From an uncultured Lentimicrobiaceae bacterium (GTDB taxonomy: Bacteria; Bacteroidota; Bacteroidia; Bacteroidales; UBA4417), in the NCBI GenBank assembly GCA_964420555.1, contig CAYQTT010000005.1, positions 232,326 to 296,325 on the forward strand: 64,000 nucleotides of DNA, given 5' to 3'. A program made the translations under genes and the position numbers. Positions 10,362 through 18,876 of this stretch are shown here, in pieces; position 1 is the stretch's first letter, and the number at the start of each line of letters is the position of its first letter. The notes beneath the pieces are model-generated. The model did not search any database, had not been told where the DNA came from, and was given only the letters and a program-made list of their open reading frames with translations.

Positions 10362-10823
10362 GTGCAAATCATCCGACTTACCAAGGAATTTAAATTTGAA
10401 ATGGCCCATGCACTGAAAGGGTATGATGGACTGTGCCGTAATATCCACGGGCATTCGTATGAGCTTTTGGTTACAGTAACAGGTATCCCTGTTTCGGAAA
10501 CATCATCAACAAAGCTTGGAATGGTTATGGATTTTGGCGATCTGAAGAAAATTGTGCGTAAGTGTATTGTGGATGAATTTGATCATGCCCTGGTGTTGAA
10601 TCGAGAATCGGCATCTGATTTTACACCGGATGCAGAAATGTTTGGGCGGACAATACTGGTCGATTACCAGCCTACCAGCGAAAATATGCTAATCGATTTT
10701 GTTGAAAGACTACGAAGCCAGCTTCCTGCTAATGTAAAATTGCATCATCTGCTGCTCCGCGAAACTGTTACCTCCTACGCAGAATGGTTTGCTGGGGATA
10801 ATGAAACAATTTCGAATGTATGA
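10362..10823 (+). CDS. queD: 6-carboxy-5,6,7,8-tetrahydropterin synthase (6-pyruvoyl-tetrahydropterin synthase family)
   Basis: 153 aa with a GTG start. KEFKFEMAHAL and CRNIHGHSYEL are the zinc-ligand / catalytic Cys-His context. No other que genes are adjacent. Confidence 0.75.
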   Translation: MQIIRLTKEFKFEMAHALKGYDGLCRNIHGHSYELLVTVTGIPVSETSSTKLGMVMDFGDLKKIVRKCIVDEFDHALVLNRESASDFTPDAEMFGRTILVDYQPTSENMLIDFVERLRSQLPANVKLHHLLLRETVTSYAEWFAGDNETISNV

Positions 10824-10937
10824 TTTCGCATGTTGGATATTGATTTTCCACAAATGTATTTAAGATTCTAAATGTTTCAACGATCATGAATACCCGCATT
10901 TTTTAAAGCGTTTGTAGGACACCGAAATTTATCGTTT

Positions 10938-11552
10938 CTAACATGGAATGGTTTGTTTATCGATTTTTTGTCCGATAAGTTTTATGATATTTATTATGCA
11001 TTTTAGTTCTGGTATATGAGTATAAGCCCTTGAAAATGATGCAGGACACTGATAATTTATCCTTTTATAGCTATTTTCAGATATGAATTCAAAAGTATAA
11101 GTTTCGCCATCCATTATTTTAACTGTTGATCGACTACCGTCAATATTTCTGATAAAGAACTGGTGTTTTAATGATTCCATGTCTGGTAATTCTAGTATTT
11201 TATTGTCATTAAAATACGTCCACATTGAATCACAGTCAGTTATGTGTATTTTATGTTTTATTATTTTGTATTCATTCAACGGAATGAACTTCTTCGTAAC
11301 TTTCTCTTCTAATGTGTAGTATTCACAGGACCATTTGCCGTTTTTTTGTGACATAACAAACAAGTCTTGAGAGTAGGGTATAGTATTCCCTTTGTGTATC
11401 CAGAATCGAAGTTGAAAGTTAAAGTTTGTATTAAATTTCTTTATGTTGCCTATCATTTCCGGATAAAGGCAATTTGAATTTGTTTCAACGACATTTTGAC
11501 AAAAGCATAGTGAAAAAGTCAAAACGAGTAATACTGTTATAAGTATCTTCAT
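10938..11552 (-). CDS. Hypothetical secreted protein
   Basis: 204 aa with an N-terminal signal peptide (MKILITVLLVLTFSLCFCQ). AT-rich, with no recognisable motifs. Confidence 0.5.
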   Translation of the reverse strand: MKILITVLLVLTFSLCFCQNVVETNSNCLYPEMIGNIKKFNTNFNFQLRFWIHKGNTIPYSQDLFVMSQKNGKWSCEYYTLEEKVTKKFIPLNEYKIIKHKIHITDCDSMWTYFNDNKILELPDMESLKHQFFIRNIDGSRSTVKIMDGETYTFEFISENSYKRINYQCPASFSRAYTHIPELKCIINIIKLIGQKIDKQTIPC

Positions 11553-11567
11553 GATATGTTGTATGTC

Positions 11568-11650
11568 TCTTCACTATTCGTTTTCATGGCCCATAGCTCC
11601 ACTTTCGCTTCGCTCTAGCTTTTCACTTTTCACTATTCACTTTTCACTCA
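11568..11650. repeat. Short-period tandem-repeat tract (heptad CTTTTCA / CTATTCA)
   Basis: The sequence cttcactattc...agcttttcacttttcactattcacttttcactca overlaps the udk stop codon at 11648-11650. Confidence 0.7.
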
Positions 11651-12265
11651 ATCCCCCGAGTCCAGCTTCATTTTAATCCTCGAAGCCAGGATATCAATAG
11701 CTACTTTATTTTCGCCACCCTGCGGCACAATAATATCTGCATTTCGTTTTGTAGGTTCTATAAACTGAAGGTGCATTGGCTTTACCCAACGGCTGTAATG
11801 CTCCAGTACTTTCATAGGATCACGGCCACGCTCAACGGTATCGCGCCTTATAATCCGCATCAGCCTTTCGTCACTTTCGGCATCCACATATACTTTTATA
11901 TCGAGTCGCTTCACTAATTGCACGTCGCTGTATATCAAAATACCTTCAATAATTATCACTTTCCGCGGTTCAATGGTTACGGTTTCCTTCAGCCTTGCAC
12001 AATCGATATAGGAATACACCGGCATTTCGATACTCTCCCCGTTACGAAGTGCATCTATATGTTTAACCAAAAGGTCCCATTCGATTGAATTTGGATGGTC
12101 GAAATTAATACGGAGTTTTTCTTCCTGTGTAAGATGCCCGTTATCCCAATAATAGGCATCCTGTGGAATTACGGCAACCGAATTTTTGGGTAAACGTTTA
12201 ATGATTTCGCGTACAACCGTAGTTTTACCGCATCCCGAGCCACCGGCAATTCCAATAATAAGCAT
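11648..12265 (-). CDS. udk: Uridine kinase
   Basis: 205 aa with P-loop IGIAGGSGCGKTT and collinear Udk family blocks. Confidence 0.9.
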   Translation of the reverse strand: MLIIGIAGGSGCGKTTVVREIIKRLPKNSVAVIPQDAYYWDNGHLTQEEKLRINFDHPNSIEWDLLVKHIDALRNGESIEMPVYSYIDCARLKETVTIEPRKVIIIEGILIYSDVQLVKRLDIKVYVDAESDERLMRIIRRDTVERGRDPMKVLEHYSRWVKPMHLQFIEPTKRNADIIVPQGGENKVAIDILASRIKMKLDSGD

Positions 12266-12317
12266 GTTATGAGTCGATTAAAAGTGTTTTACTAAGGGAT
12301 AATTGATTTGTAAAAGT

Positions 12318-12342
12318 AAAAAAAGCCCCGGATTTTCGGAGC
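12318..12342 (-). terminator. Candidate rho-independent terminator of the mmd operon
   Basis: On the minus-strand RNA, GCUCCG-aaaauc-CGGGGC (one G-U pair) is followed by U7. It lies about 95 nt after the mmdB stop. Confidence 0.45.
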
Positions 12343-12436
12343 TTTCTTTCTGATTTATTCTGATCAGATAGACCTTGGCATTTACCGGCAAACGGTTTAC
12401 TTCAGGTTACTGAATTGTGTGAGTTTTTCTTGCTTT

Positions 12437-13630
12437 TTAAAACAGGAAGCTAAGCATAATACCGGCTGCTACCGCACTTCCAATTACGCCTGCTACGTTT
12501 GGACCCATAGCATGCATCAGCAGGTGATTGGTTTTGTCATATTCGAGCCCGACAACCTGCGAAACGCGGGCACTATCGGGTACTGCTGACACACCGGCAT
12601 TGCCAATCAGCGGATTTACCTTATTGCCTTCTTTCAGGAAAATGTTCATGATTTTTACAAACATTACACCACCAAAAGTTGCTACTATAAATGAACATGC
12701 ACCCAATGCGAAAATACCTACTGATTTTGCAGTAAGGAATGTTGTTGCCTGGGTTGATGCTCCTACCGTTATTCCGATAAGAATGGTTACAATATCGATC
12801 ATTGGGCCTTTGGCTGTGTCAGCCAAACGTTTTGTAACCGTGCTTTCTTTTAGCAGGTTACCAAAAAACAACATGCCTAACAAGGGCAAGCCCGACGGAA
12901 CAATAAAACACGTAAGCAACAAACCGATAATCGGAAATAGAATCTTTTCGAGTTTCGAAACAGTACGCGGTGGTTTCATGCGGATAACCCGTTCCTTTTT
13001 AGTAGTAAGCAAACGCATAACCGGAGGTTGAATAACAGGTACCAGTGCCATATAAGAGTATGCAGATACAGCAATAGCTCCTACAAGCTCAGGCGCAAGT
13101 TTCGATGACAGGAAAATAGCCGTTGGCCCGTCAGCACCGCCAATAATCCCGATTGCGCCTGCTTCAGCAGGGCTGAATCCCAGAGCAAGAGCAGCAGCAT
13201 AAGCACCAAAAATACCTAACTGCGCAGCTGCGCCAATAAGCATTAGTTTTGGATTGGATATCAGGGCAGAGAAATCTGTCATGGCACCAATTCCAAGGAA
13301 TATTAATGGTGGATAAATACCGTAAATCACACCAAAATACAAGTAGTTCATTACACTGCCACTTTGGTAGATACCTATCTGGAGGTTACTTGGGTCGCTG
13401 TTCAAAATATGTTCAGCTCCCCAAAAAGGAATATTGCCAATGAGTATTCCAAACCCGATCGGAATCAACAGCATTGGCTCATATTCTTTGGCAATCGCGA
13501 GATAAATAAATACTAATCCGATTAAAATCATCACAACATGCCCCATCGTAAAGTTGTAGAATGCCGTGTATCCCATAAACTGGAATAAGTGATCGGATAA
13601 GAAAGTCCAAAAGTTTCCGGATGTTTCCAT
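12437..13630 (-). CDS. mmdB: Na+-translocating decarboxylase beta subunit (OadB/MmdB/GcdB family)
   Basis: 397 aa polytopic membrane protein with the OAD_beta family pattern. It is the last gene of the decarboxylase operon. Confidence 0.8.
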   Translation of the reverse strand: METSGNFWTFLSDHLFQFMGYTAFYNFTMGHVVMILIGLVFIYLAIAKEYEPMLLIPIGFGILIGNIPFWGAEHILNSDPSNLQIGIYQSGSVMNYLYFGVIYGIYPPLIFLGIGAMTDFSALISNPKLMLIGAAAQLGIFGAYAAALALGFSPAEAGAIGIIGGADGPTAIFLSSKLAPELVGAIAVSAYSYMALVPVIQPPVMRLLTTKKERVIRMKPPRTVSKLEKILFPIIGLLLTCFIVPSGLPLLGMLFFGNLLKESTVTKRLADTAKGPMIDIVTILIGITVGASTQATTFLTAKSVGIFALGACSFIVATFGGVMFVKIMNIFLKEGNKVNPLIGNAGVSAVPDSARVSQVVGLEYDKTNHLLMHAMGPNVAGVIGSAVAAGIMLSFLF

Positions 13631-13634
13631 ACTG

Positions 13635-14078
13635 TTATTCTCCGATTACAATTAGAATATCACCTTCCATTACACTATCGCCTTTACCAACTTTAATGGA
13701 AGAAACCCGCCCTTCTTTATCGGCATTGATGTTGTTCTCCATTTTCATTGCTTCAAGCATAAGAAGTTTTTGCCCAATTTTAACGGTATCGCCTTCGCGG
13801 ACAAAAATTTCGAGAATTACGCCAGGCAACGGCGATTTAATACTTCCAGTACCCTTAGGAGCTGATGGACTTGCTGTTTTTGAAACCGAAGGATGCGAAT
13901 CGGTAGAAGGAACAGCCATTGTACGCACCAGTTTTGGTGTTTTTACGGTCTGCATTTTTCTGTCGATCTCAACTGTATAGCTTACTCCGTTCACTGATAC
14001 TTCAGCTGTATTTTCTTCGATCCCGATTATTTCGGCATCGTATTCATTACCATTTATGGTGAATTTAAAGTTCTTCAT
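13635..14078 (-). CDS. mmdC: Biotin carboxyl carrier subunit of the decarboxylase
   Basis: 147 aa. The C-terminal biotinyl domain carries the EAMKMEN biotinylation motif, after a Pro/Ala-rich linker. Confidence 0.8.
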   Translation of the reverse strand: MKNFKFTINGNEYDAEIIGIEENTAEVSVNGVSYTVEIDRKMQTVKTPKLVRTMAVPSTDSHPSVSKTASPSAPKGTGSIKSPLPGVILEIFVREGDTVKIGQKLLMLEAMKMENNINADKEGRVSSIKVGKGDSVMEGDILIVIGE

Positions 14079-14081
14079 TTC

Positions 14082-14489
14082 TTAATGATTAGGGGTTCTT
14101 CGTAATCCGTAAATTTTTGAACTCCAGGGTGAGTAAGTTTTTGATGCATTTTTAAACGTCATTACCGCATCTTCGAGCCCTTGTAATTGCTGATGGTAAA
14201 GATGAAGCGCCAACGATATGGCAACAAGTGTTTCGCCTGAAATTTCTTCAAGTTCCTCCGTGACTTCTGTTTGCTCACGACTTTTTCTGAAGCGTTTCTT
14301 CAGGTCGATATTATACAATTTGGCGATATATTTGAAAGTCAGGTACAGTAATATCAGAGAAATGAAAACCACGCTCATTGCAATCATTGTCATTGCAATT
14401 CCTGTCGGATCCATCCTGCCAAATTCTTCAGCAGCTTTACCGGCAACTCTTTCACCTGCTTTTACTACCAATAGTGTGGATGTCGTCAT
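14082..14489 (-). CDS. mmdD: OadG-like small membrane subunit of the decarboxylase
   Basis: 135 aa with a single TM helix ([20 protein letters not shown]). It overlaps the mmdA stop by 4 nt. Confidence 0.6.
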   Translation of the reverse strand: MTTSTLLVVKAGERVAGKAAEEFGRMDPTGIAMTMIAMSVVFISLILLYLTFKYIAKLYNIDLKKRFRKSREQTEVTEELEEISGETLVAISLALHLYHQQLQGLEDAVMTFKNASKTYSPWSSKIYGLRRTPNH

Positions 14490-16045
14490 AACGGCAGATT
14501 TGAATGTTTCTTAGGCGGATTGCTGTCTTTCTTGGTTGCTAAGGCCTGGAAAGCGCGTATAACCCTGAAACGGGTATTGCGGGGAACAATTACATCATCA
14601 ATAAAGCCATAACTTGCGGCATCATAAGGATTGGCAAACTTGGTTTTGTACTCCTCTTCGTATTTATGAAATTCGGCTTCACGTTCCGTCTTGTCTTCAA
14701 TTTCGGCAAGCTTTTTATTGTAAAGCACTTCAATAGCACCTTTAGGACCCATAACAGCTATTTCGGCTGATGGCCATGCATAATTGATATCTCCACGCAA
14801 ATGCTTGGAACTCATTACGTCATATGCTCCGCCGTATGCTTTGCGAAGAATAACGGTTACCTTAGGCACGGTTGCTTCGCCATAAGCGAAAAGCAGTTTT
14901 GCTCCGTGAATAATAATTCCGCCATATTCCTGTGCTGTTCCCGGAAGGAATCCCGGAACATCAACCAAAGTGAGAATGGGAACATTAAAGGCATCGCAGA
15001 AACGGACAAAACGTGCAGCTTTGCGCGAAGCATTTATATCGAGAACTCCCGCCAGATAGCTTGGCTGATTGGCAACAATACCAACCGACATTCCGTTAAA
15101 ACGGGCAAAACCGGTTACAATATTGGGCGCAAAATGCCGTGCAACTTCCAGGAATTCATTATTATCGGCAATTAAGTGAATAACATCCTTGATATCATAT
15201 GGCTTGTTCGGATTTTCGGGAACAATATGATTAAGAGTTTCTTCGAGTCTGTCGATAGGATCAATACAAGGAACCAATGGAGGATCTTCAAGGTTGTTTT
15301 GCGGCAGATAGCTGAGAAGTTTACGCATAAGCAAAATGCCTTCCTGTTCGTCCTCGGCCACGAAATGCGAAACGCCGGATTTTGAACCATGCACCATAGC
15401 GCCGCCAAGTTCCTCGTCAGTTACAACTTCGCCGGTAACGGTTTTAACAACTTTTGGGCCTGTAACGAACATATAGCTGTTCGTTTTCGACATGATAATA
15501 AAATCGGTAAGTGCCGGGCTATAGACCGCGCCACCTGCACACGGACCGAAAATAGCAGACAATTGCGGTATAACGCCCGAAGCCATGATGTTACGCTGGA
15601 AAATCTCAGCATAACCGGCCAGGCTCTGAACGCCTTCCTGAATGCGGGCTCCACCCGAATCATTGATTCCGATTACCGGAGCGCCGACTTTCATCGCCTG
15701 GTCCATGACCTTGCAAATTTTCTTGGCATACATTTCGCTAAGCGATCCACCGAAAACGGTAAAATCCTGGGAGAAAACATATACCAGGCGGCCATCAATA
15801 GTTCCGTAACCGGTAACTACTCCATCCGAGAGGTATTTTTCGTTTTCGATGCCAAAATCGGTGCAACGGTGCGAAACAAACATATCGAATTCCTCGAAAC
15901 TGCCTTCATCGAGTAATAAATCGATGCGTTCGCGGGCGGTGAGTTTGCCTTTTTTGTGTTGTGAGTCAATGCGTTTCTGGCCACCACCCAGTTTTGCAAG
16001 CTCTCGTTTATCAAGCAGCTGCTTGATTTTATCTTCGATTGCCAT
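14486..16045 (-). CDS. mmdA: Methylmalonyl-CoA decarboxylase alpha subunit / acyl-CoA carboxyltransferase (12S-type)
   Basis: 519 aa with the two-domain carboxyltransferase signature ([26 protein letters not shown]). Confidence 0.85.
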   Translation of the reverse strand: MAIEDKIKQLLDKRELAKLGGGQKRIDSQHKKGKLTARERIDLLLDEGSFEEFDMFVSHRCTDFGIENEKYLSDGVVTGYGTIDGRLVYVFSQDFTVFGGSLSEMYAKKICKVMDQAMKVGAPVIGINDSGGARIQEGVQSLAGYAEIFQRNIMASGVIPQLSAIFGPCAGGAVYSPALTDFIIMSKTNSYMFVTGPKVVKTVTGEVVTDEELGGAMVHGSKSGVSHFVAEDEQEGILLMRKLLSYLPQNNLEDPPLVPCIDPIDRLEETLNHIVPENPNKPYDIKDVIHLIADNNEFLEVARHFAPNIVTGFARFNGMSVGIVANQPSYLAGVLDINASRKAARFVRFCDAFNVPILTLVDVPGFLPGTAQEYGGIIIHGAKLLFAYGEATVPKVTVILRKAYGGAYDVMSSKHLRGDINYAWPSAEIAVMGPKGAIEVLYNKKLAEIEDKTEREAEFHKYEEEYKTKFANPYDAASYGFIDDVIVPRNTRFRVIRAFQALATKKDSNPPKKHSNLPL

Positions 16046-16132
16046 TGTATAGTATTGTGGTTAGTTTATTTTCCTGAGGTTGGATGAAGATGTTATTTCG
16101 TTTTGCTTTTCCCGATTTCCGGTTATCCGGCA

Positions 16133-16543
16133 CTAAATGTTTTTATTTTCGCAAAGCTCAGTTAATACCCCGAAAGTAGATTTCGGATGCAGGAAACCAA
16201 TACTCATGCCTTCGGCACCTTTGCGCGATTGCTTATCGATCAGCTGAATGCCATTGGCTTCGGTTTCGGCTAAAGCACTCTCGATGTCTTTTACTGCAAA
16301 AGCAATATGATGTATGCCTTCACCCTTTTTTTCGATGAATTTCCCGATGGGTCCTTCAGGATCGGTACTTTCGAGTAATTCGATCTTGGTTTGGCCTATC
16401 ATAAAGAATGCGGTCTTTACCTTCTGGTCGTGGACTTCTTCGACGGCATAGCACTTGAGCCCGAATACTTTTTCCCAGTATGGTATGCTGTCATTCAAGC
16501 TTTTAACAGCGATTCCGATGTGTTCGATGTGTGATAAATTCAT
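16133..16543 (-). CDS. mce: Methylmalonyl-CoA epimerase (VOC superfamily)
   Basis: 136 aa with IEHIGIAV and GIHHIAF metal-ligand motifs. It is the first gene of the operon. Confidence 0.8.
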   Translation of the reverse strand: MNLSHIEHIGIAVKSLNDSIPYWEKVFGLKCYAVEEVHDQKVKTAFFMIGQTKIELLESTDPEGPIGKFIEKKGEGIHHIAFAVKDIESALAETEANGIQLIDKQSRKGAEGMSIGFLHPKSTFGVLTELCENKNI

Positions 16544-16559
16544 GGGTTGGAAATTTTTG

Positions 16560-16567
16560 CAAAATTA
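16560..16567 (-). promoter_or_regulatory. -7 box TAATTTTG (extended form TAATTTTGCA) of the mce-mmd operon
   Basis: Exact motif match 16 nt upstream of the mce ATG. Confidence 0.5.
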
Positions 16568-16575
16568 ATTTCTTT

Positions 16576-16593
16576 TTGTTATTGAAATAACAA
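16576..16593. promoter_or_regulatory. Operator-like palindrome TTGTTAT-tgaa-ATAACAA
   Basis: Perfect 7-bp arms, 8 nt upstream of the -7 box. A near-identical palindrome lies at 36256-36273. Confidence 0.45.
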
Positions 16594-16917
16594 TAGAGTA
16601 AGAATTTAGTCGAAAACCGGTAATATGGAACTGTTCTATATAAGTATTGTAAGTTATTGCCTCTCTGTGCGATGCATTAAAAAGGGTATTTTGAAAGAAA
16701 GACCGGTTTCTGTATACTATGAAAGAGCTGGATTTTGCTCAAAATCTGGTTCAGAGTGCTTTGTTAATAAAAAGAGGTTGCAGGCTTTACTCAACCCACA
16801 ATCAGTTAGTATCCCTGACTTAAGTTTCCGGCATAAGCCAGATGGAAATAATACTGAATAGTCCCAAAGATCGAACGAAGATTGGTTTAATGCCTTATTT
16901 TCTATATTGAGTTTCCT

Positions 16918-18246
16918 TTATTCGTAAAAGACCTTTATTTTATCGGAATTCAACCTGGCTTGCAGCCAGTTTTCTATTTTCGATTTATCGTTGTTAGTCA
17001 GATTTGGTTGTTTCCCCTGTGTAGTAAAAACAACAATAGCAACTGTATCAGCAACAGAGGCATTACTGTTAAATACATACGACTCGGAATATGCACAGTT
17101 AATAATCTCGGGGTATAGGTTTTTAATTTCTGCAAGGATCCCCTTTCCACGATATTTAACTATATCGAGGCTATCAATCTGCTTTTCTTTATTTTTCACT
17201 AGAAGCAAGAGCCGATTAATTTCTGCTGTTATATTCTCATTTTCAGTATTTTTCTTGCTTATCTCATCTGTTGATAGCCCCTGCGGAAATTCAATTGATA
17301 CTTCATTTAATGAAAAAAGCTTAGCTCTTTGTCTTATGCTTTCTTTCTGTTCATCACTTAATAAAGTGCCGGCATAAACCAGCACAATTTCTTTTTTCAC
17401 TGGCCTGATTTCATTTTTTAATAGATAATGGCCATCTACAACACTGATATTCTTAATATAGCTATTGGCGTTCTCAATAAATTTTTCCTGTTGTACAAGG
17501 TTATAGCCGAAATATATACTGGGGAGTATAACCAATGTAATAGTTATAGATATCAGTTGATTAACTCTTTTCTTCTGCCGGTTATCAACCAATGTCCTGA
17601 TCGGGAATTTTAAAATCTGCGAAATTACCACCGACGAAATGGCTATGAAAACTGTATTGATGGTGAAGAGATAAAAAGCACCAAAGAAATAGATGAACTG
17701 CCCTGTTGCTAATCCGTAACCAGCCGTGCAAAGTGGAGGCATTAAAGCCGTGGCTATCGCTACTCCCGGAATTACATTTCCCTTATGCTTGCTGCTTATA
17801 GCTACAATACCGGCTAAACCGCCAAAGAGGGCTATTATTACATCATAAATGGTTGGACTGGTGCGGGCGAGTAATTCAGAATGAGCTGTAGAAATAGGGC
17901 TTACCGCAAAGTATGCTGTTGAAGCAATTAAACTTCCGATAACTGCAAAAGAGAGATTTTTAAACGCTTTCCTGAAAAGAGGAAAATTATAGGTGGCAAT
18001 GCTGTACCCCATGCCATTTATAGGTCCCATAAGCGGCGAAATAAGCATGGCCCCGATGATTACTGCCGTCGAATTCATATTAAGACCCACCGAAGCAACA
18101 ATAATTGCAAATACTAAAATCCAGAGATTGGTGCCTTTGAATATGATGTCCTTCTCAATGTTTTCATGGATTTTCTCGAAGTCATCCAAATCACTGTCGA
18201 GATCAATATAATTCAGCAGTTTTTGAACTGATTCAAATTTTTTCAT
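16918..18246 (-). CDS. DUF389 / TIGR00341-type membrane protein
   Basis: 442 aa. The N-terminal hydrophobic region with GPINGMG and ALMPPLCTAGYG blocks is typical of DUF389. The C-terminal part is soluble. Confidence 0.6.
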   Translation of the reverse strand: MKKFESVQKLLNYIDLDSDLDDFEKIHENIEKDIIFKGTNLWILVFAIIVASVGLNMNSTAVIIGAMLISPLMGPINGMGYSIATYNFPLFRKAFKNLSFAVIGSLIASTAYFAVSPISTAHSELLARTSPTIYDVIIALFGGLAGIVAISSKHKGNVIPGVAIATALMPPLCTAGYGLATGQFIYFFGAFYLFTINTVFIAISSVVISQILKFPIRTLVDNRQKKRVNQLISITITLVILPSIYFGYNLVQQEKFIENANSYIKNISVVDGHYLLKNEIRPVKKEIVLVYAGTLLSDEQKESIRQRAKLFSLNEVSIEFPQGLSTDEISKKNTENENITAEINRLLLLVKNKEKQIDSLDIVKYRGKGILAEIKNLYPEIINCAYSESYVFNSNASVADTVAIVVFTTQGKQPNLTNNDKSKIENWLQARLNSDKIKVFYE

Positions 18247-18320
18247 GATGTAGGTTTTTTGAAACTAAATCGCAACAGAAGCCTCACTTAGTTTGCCAGC
18301 GGTGGCCATTTCATTTATAT

Positions 18321-18349
18321 AATTAACATTCTGTGATAGAATGTTAATT
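18321..18349. promoter_or_regulatory. Perfect 12-bp inverted repeat AATTAACATTCT-gtgat-AGAATGTTAATT
   Basis: Read directly from the sequence. It lies 75-100 nt upstream of the DUF389 start codon. Confidence 0.35.
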
Positions 18350-18407
18350 GATTATTTTAACATTCATCATAACAAAACCGGGTATTTAAAGATACATTTA
18401 CAGGATA

Positions 18408-18539
18408 CTAGTCATTATCTGTATAAGAGTCGGGTTCATCTTTCTTTTTTATCGTTAAAACCTTGTAGAAGAAGTATCCGCTAAGGCCTGTTACAATAGT
18501 TATTGTTGTAAGCCACATGAATAAAGCTGAAGTTGTCAT
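18408..18539 (-). CDS. Candidate 43-aa single-TM small protein (below the ORF-track size cutoff)
   Basis: ATG...TAG ORF translating to MTTSALFMWLTTITIVTGLSGYFFYKVLTIKKKDEPDSYTDND. It has one hydrophobic helix and a charged tail, and sits between glmS and the DUF389 gene on the same strand. Confidence 0.3.
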   Translation of the reverse strand: MTTSALFMWLTTITIVTGLSGYFFYKVLTIKKKDEPDSYTDND

Positions 18540-18819
18540 GATTGGAACATTTTGTATTTTTAACTAGAGAACGGAAAATAAGAGAATCCTGAAAAGGGAT
18601 TACTCTACAAACTTAAGTAATTCCTGATTAATTAGTTTAATTTTCCATCACCTGACGCACGATTTGTCGGATTTGGCTTATCAAACCTGTTCCAGGGGGG
18701 ATTGAAATGGGAGCATTTTTATCCAGATGATGGCGCTTTTGAAATTTTTTGTTTTAGTGATTGAGTTTGTTAAAGATTTTCCCTTGGAATGGGAGCTGGA
18801 AAATATTCATCTTTTCACT

Positions 18820-18856
18820 AAAACAAAACAGGGCGCAACTTACAGCCGCGCCCTGA
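18820..18856 (-). terminator. Rho-independent terminator of glmS
   Basis: AGGGCGC / GCGCCCT stem of 7 bp with an 11-nt loop. On the minus strand it is followed by GUUUUGUUUU, 20 nt after the stop. Confidence 0.6.
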
Positions 18857-18876
18857 AAAAAAATATGAATTATGCT

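Noticed and set aside
16625-16861. 78-aa ORF in the spacer upstream of mce. Also the 84-aa ORF at 23678-23932 and the 70-aa ORF at 38411-38623(-).
   Set aside because: None has a promoter box, a signal or any family motif. They have odd composition and overlap either a real gene end (23807) or the palindromic element (38.4-38.6 kb).
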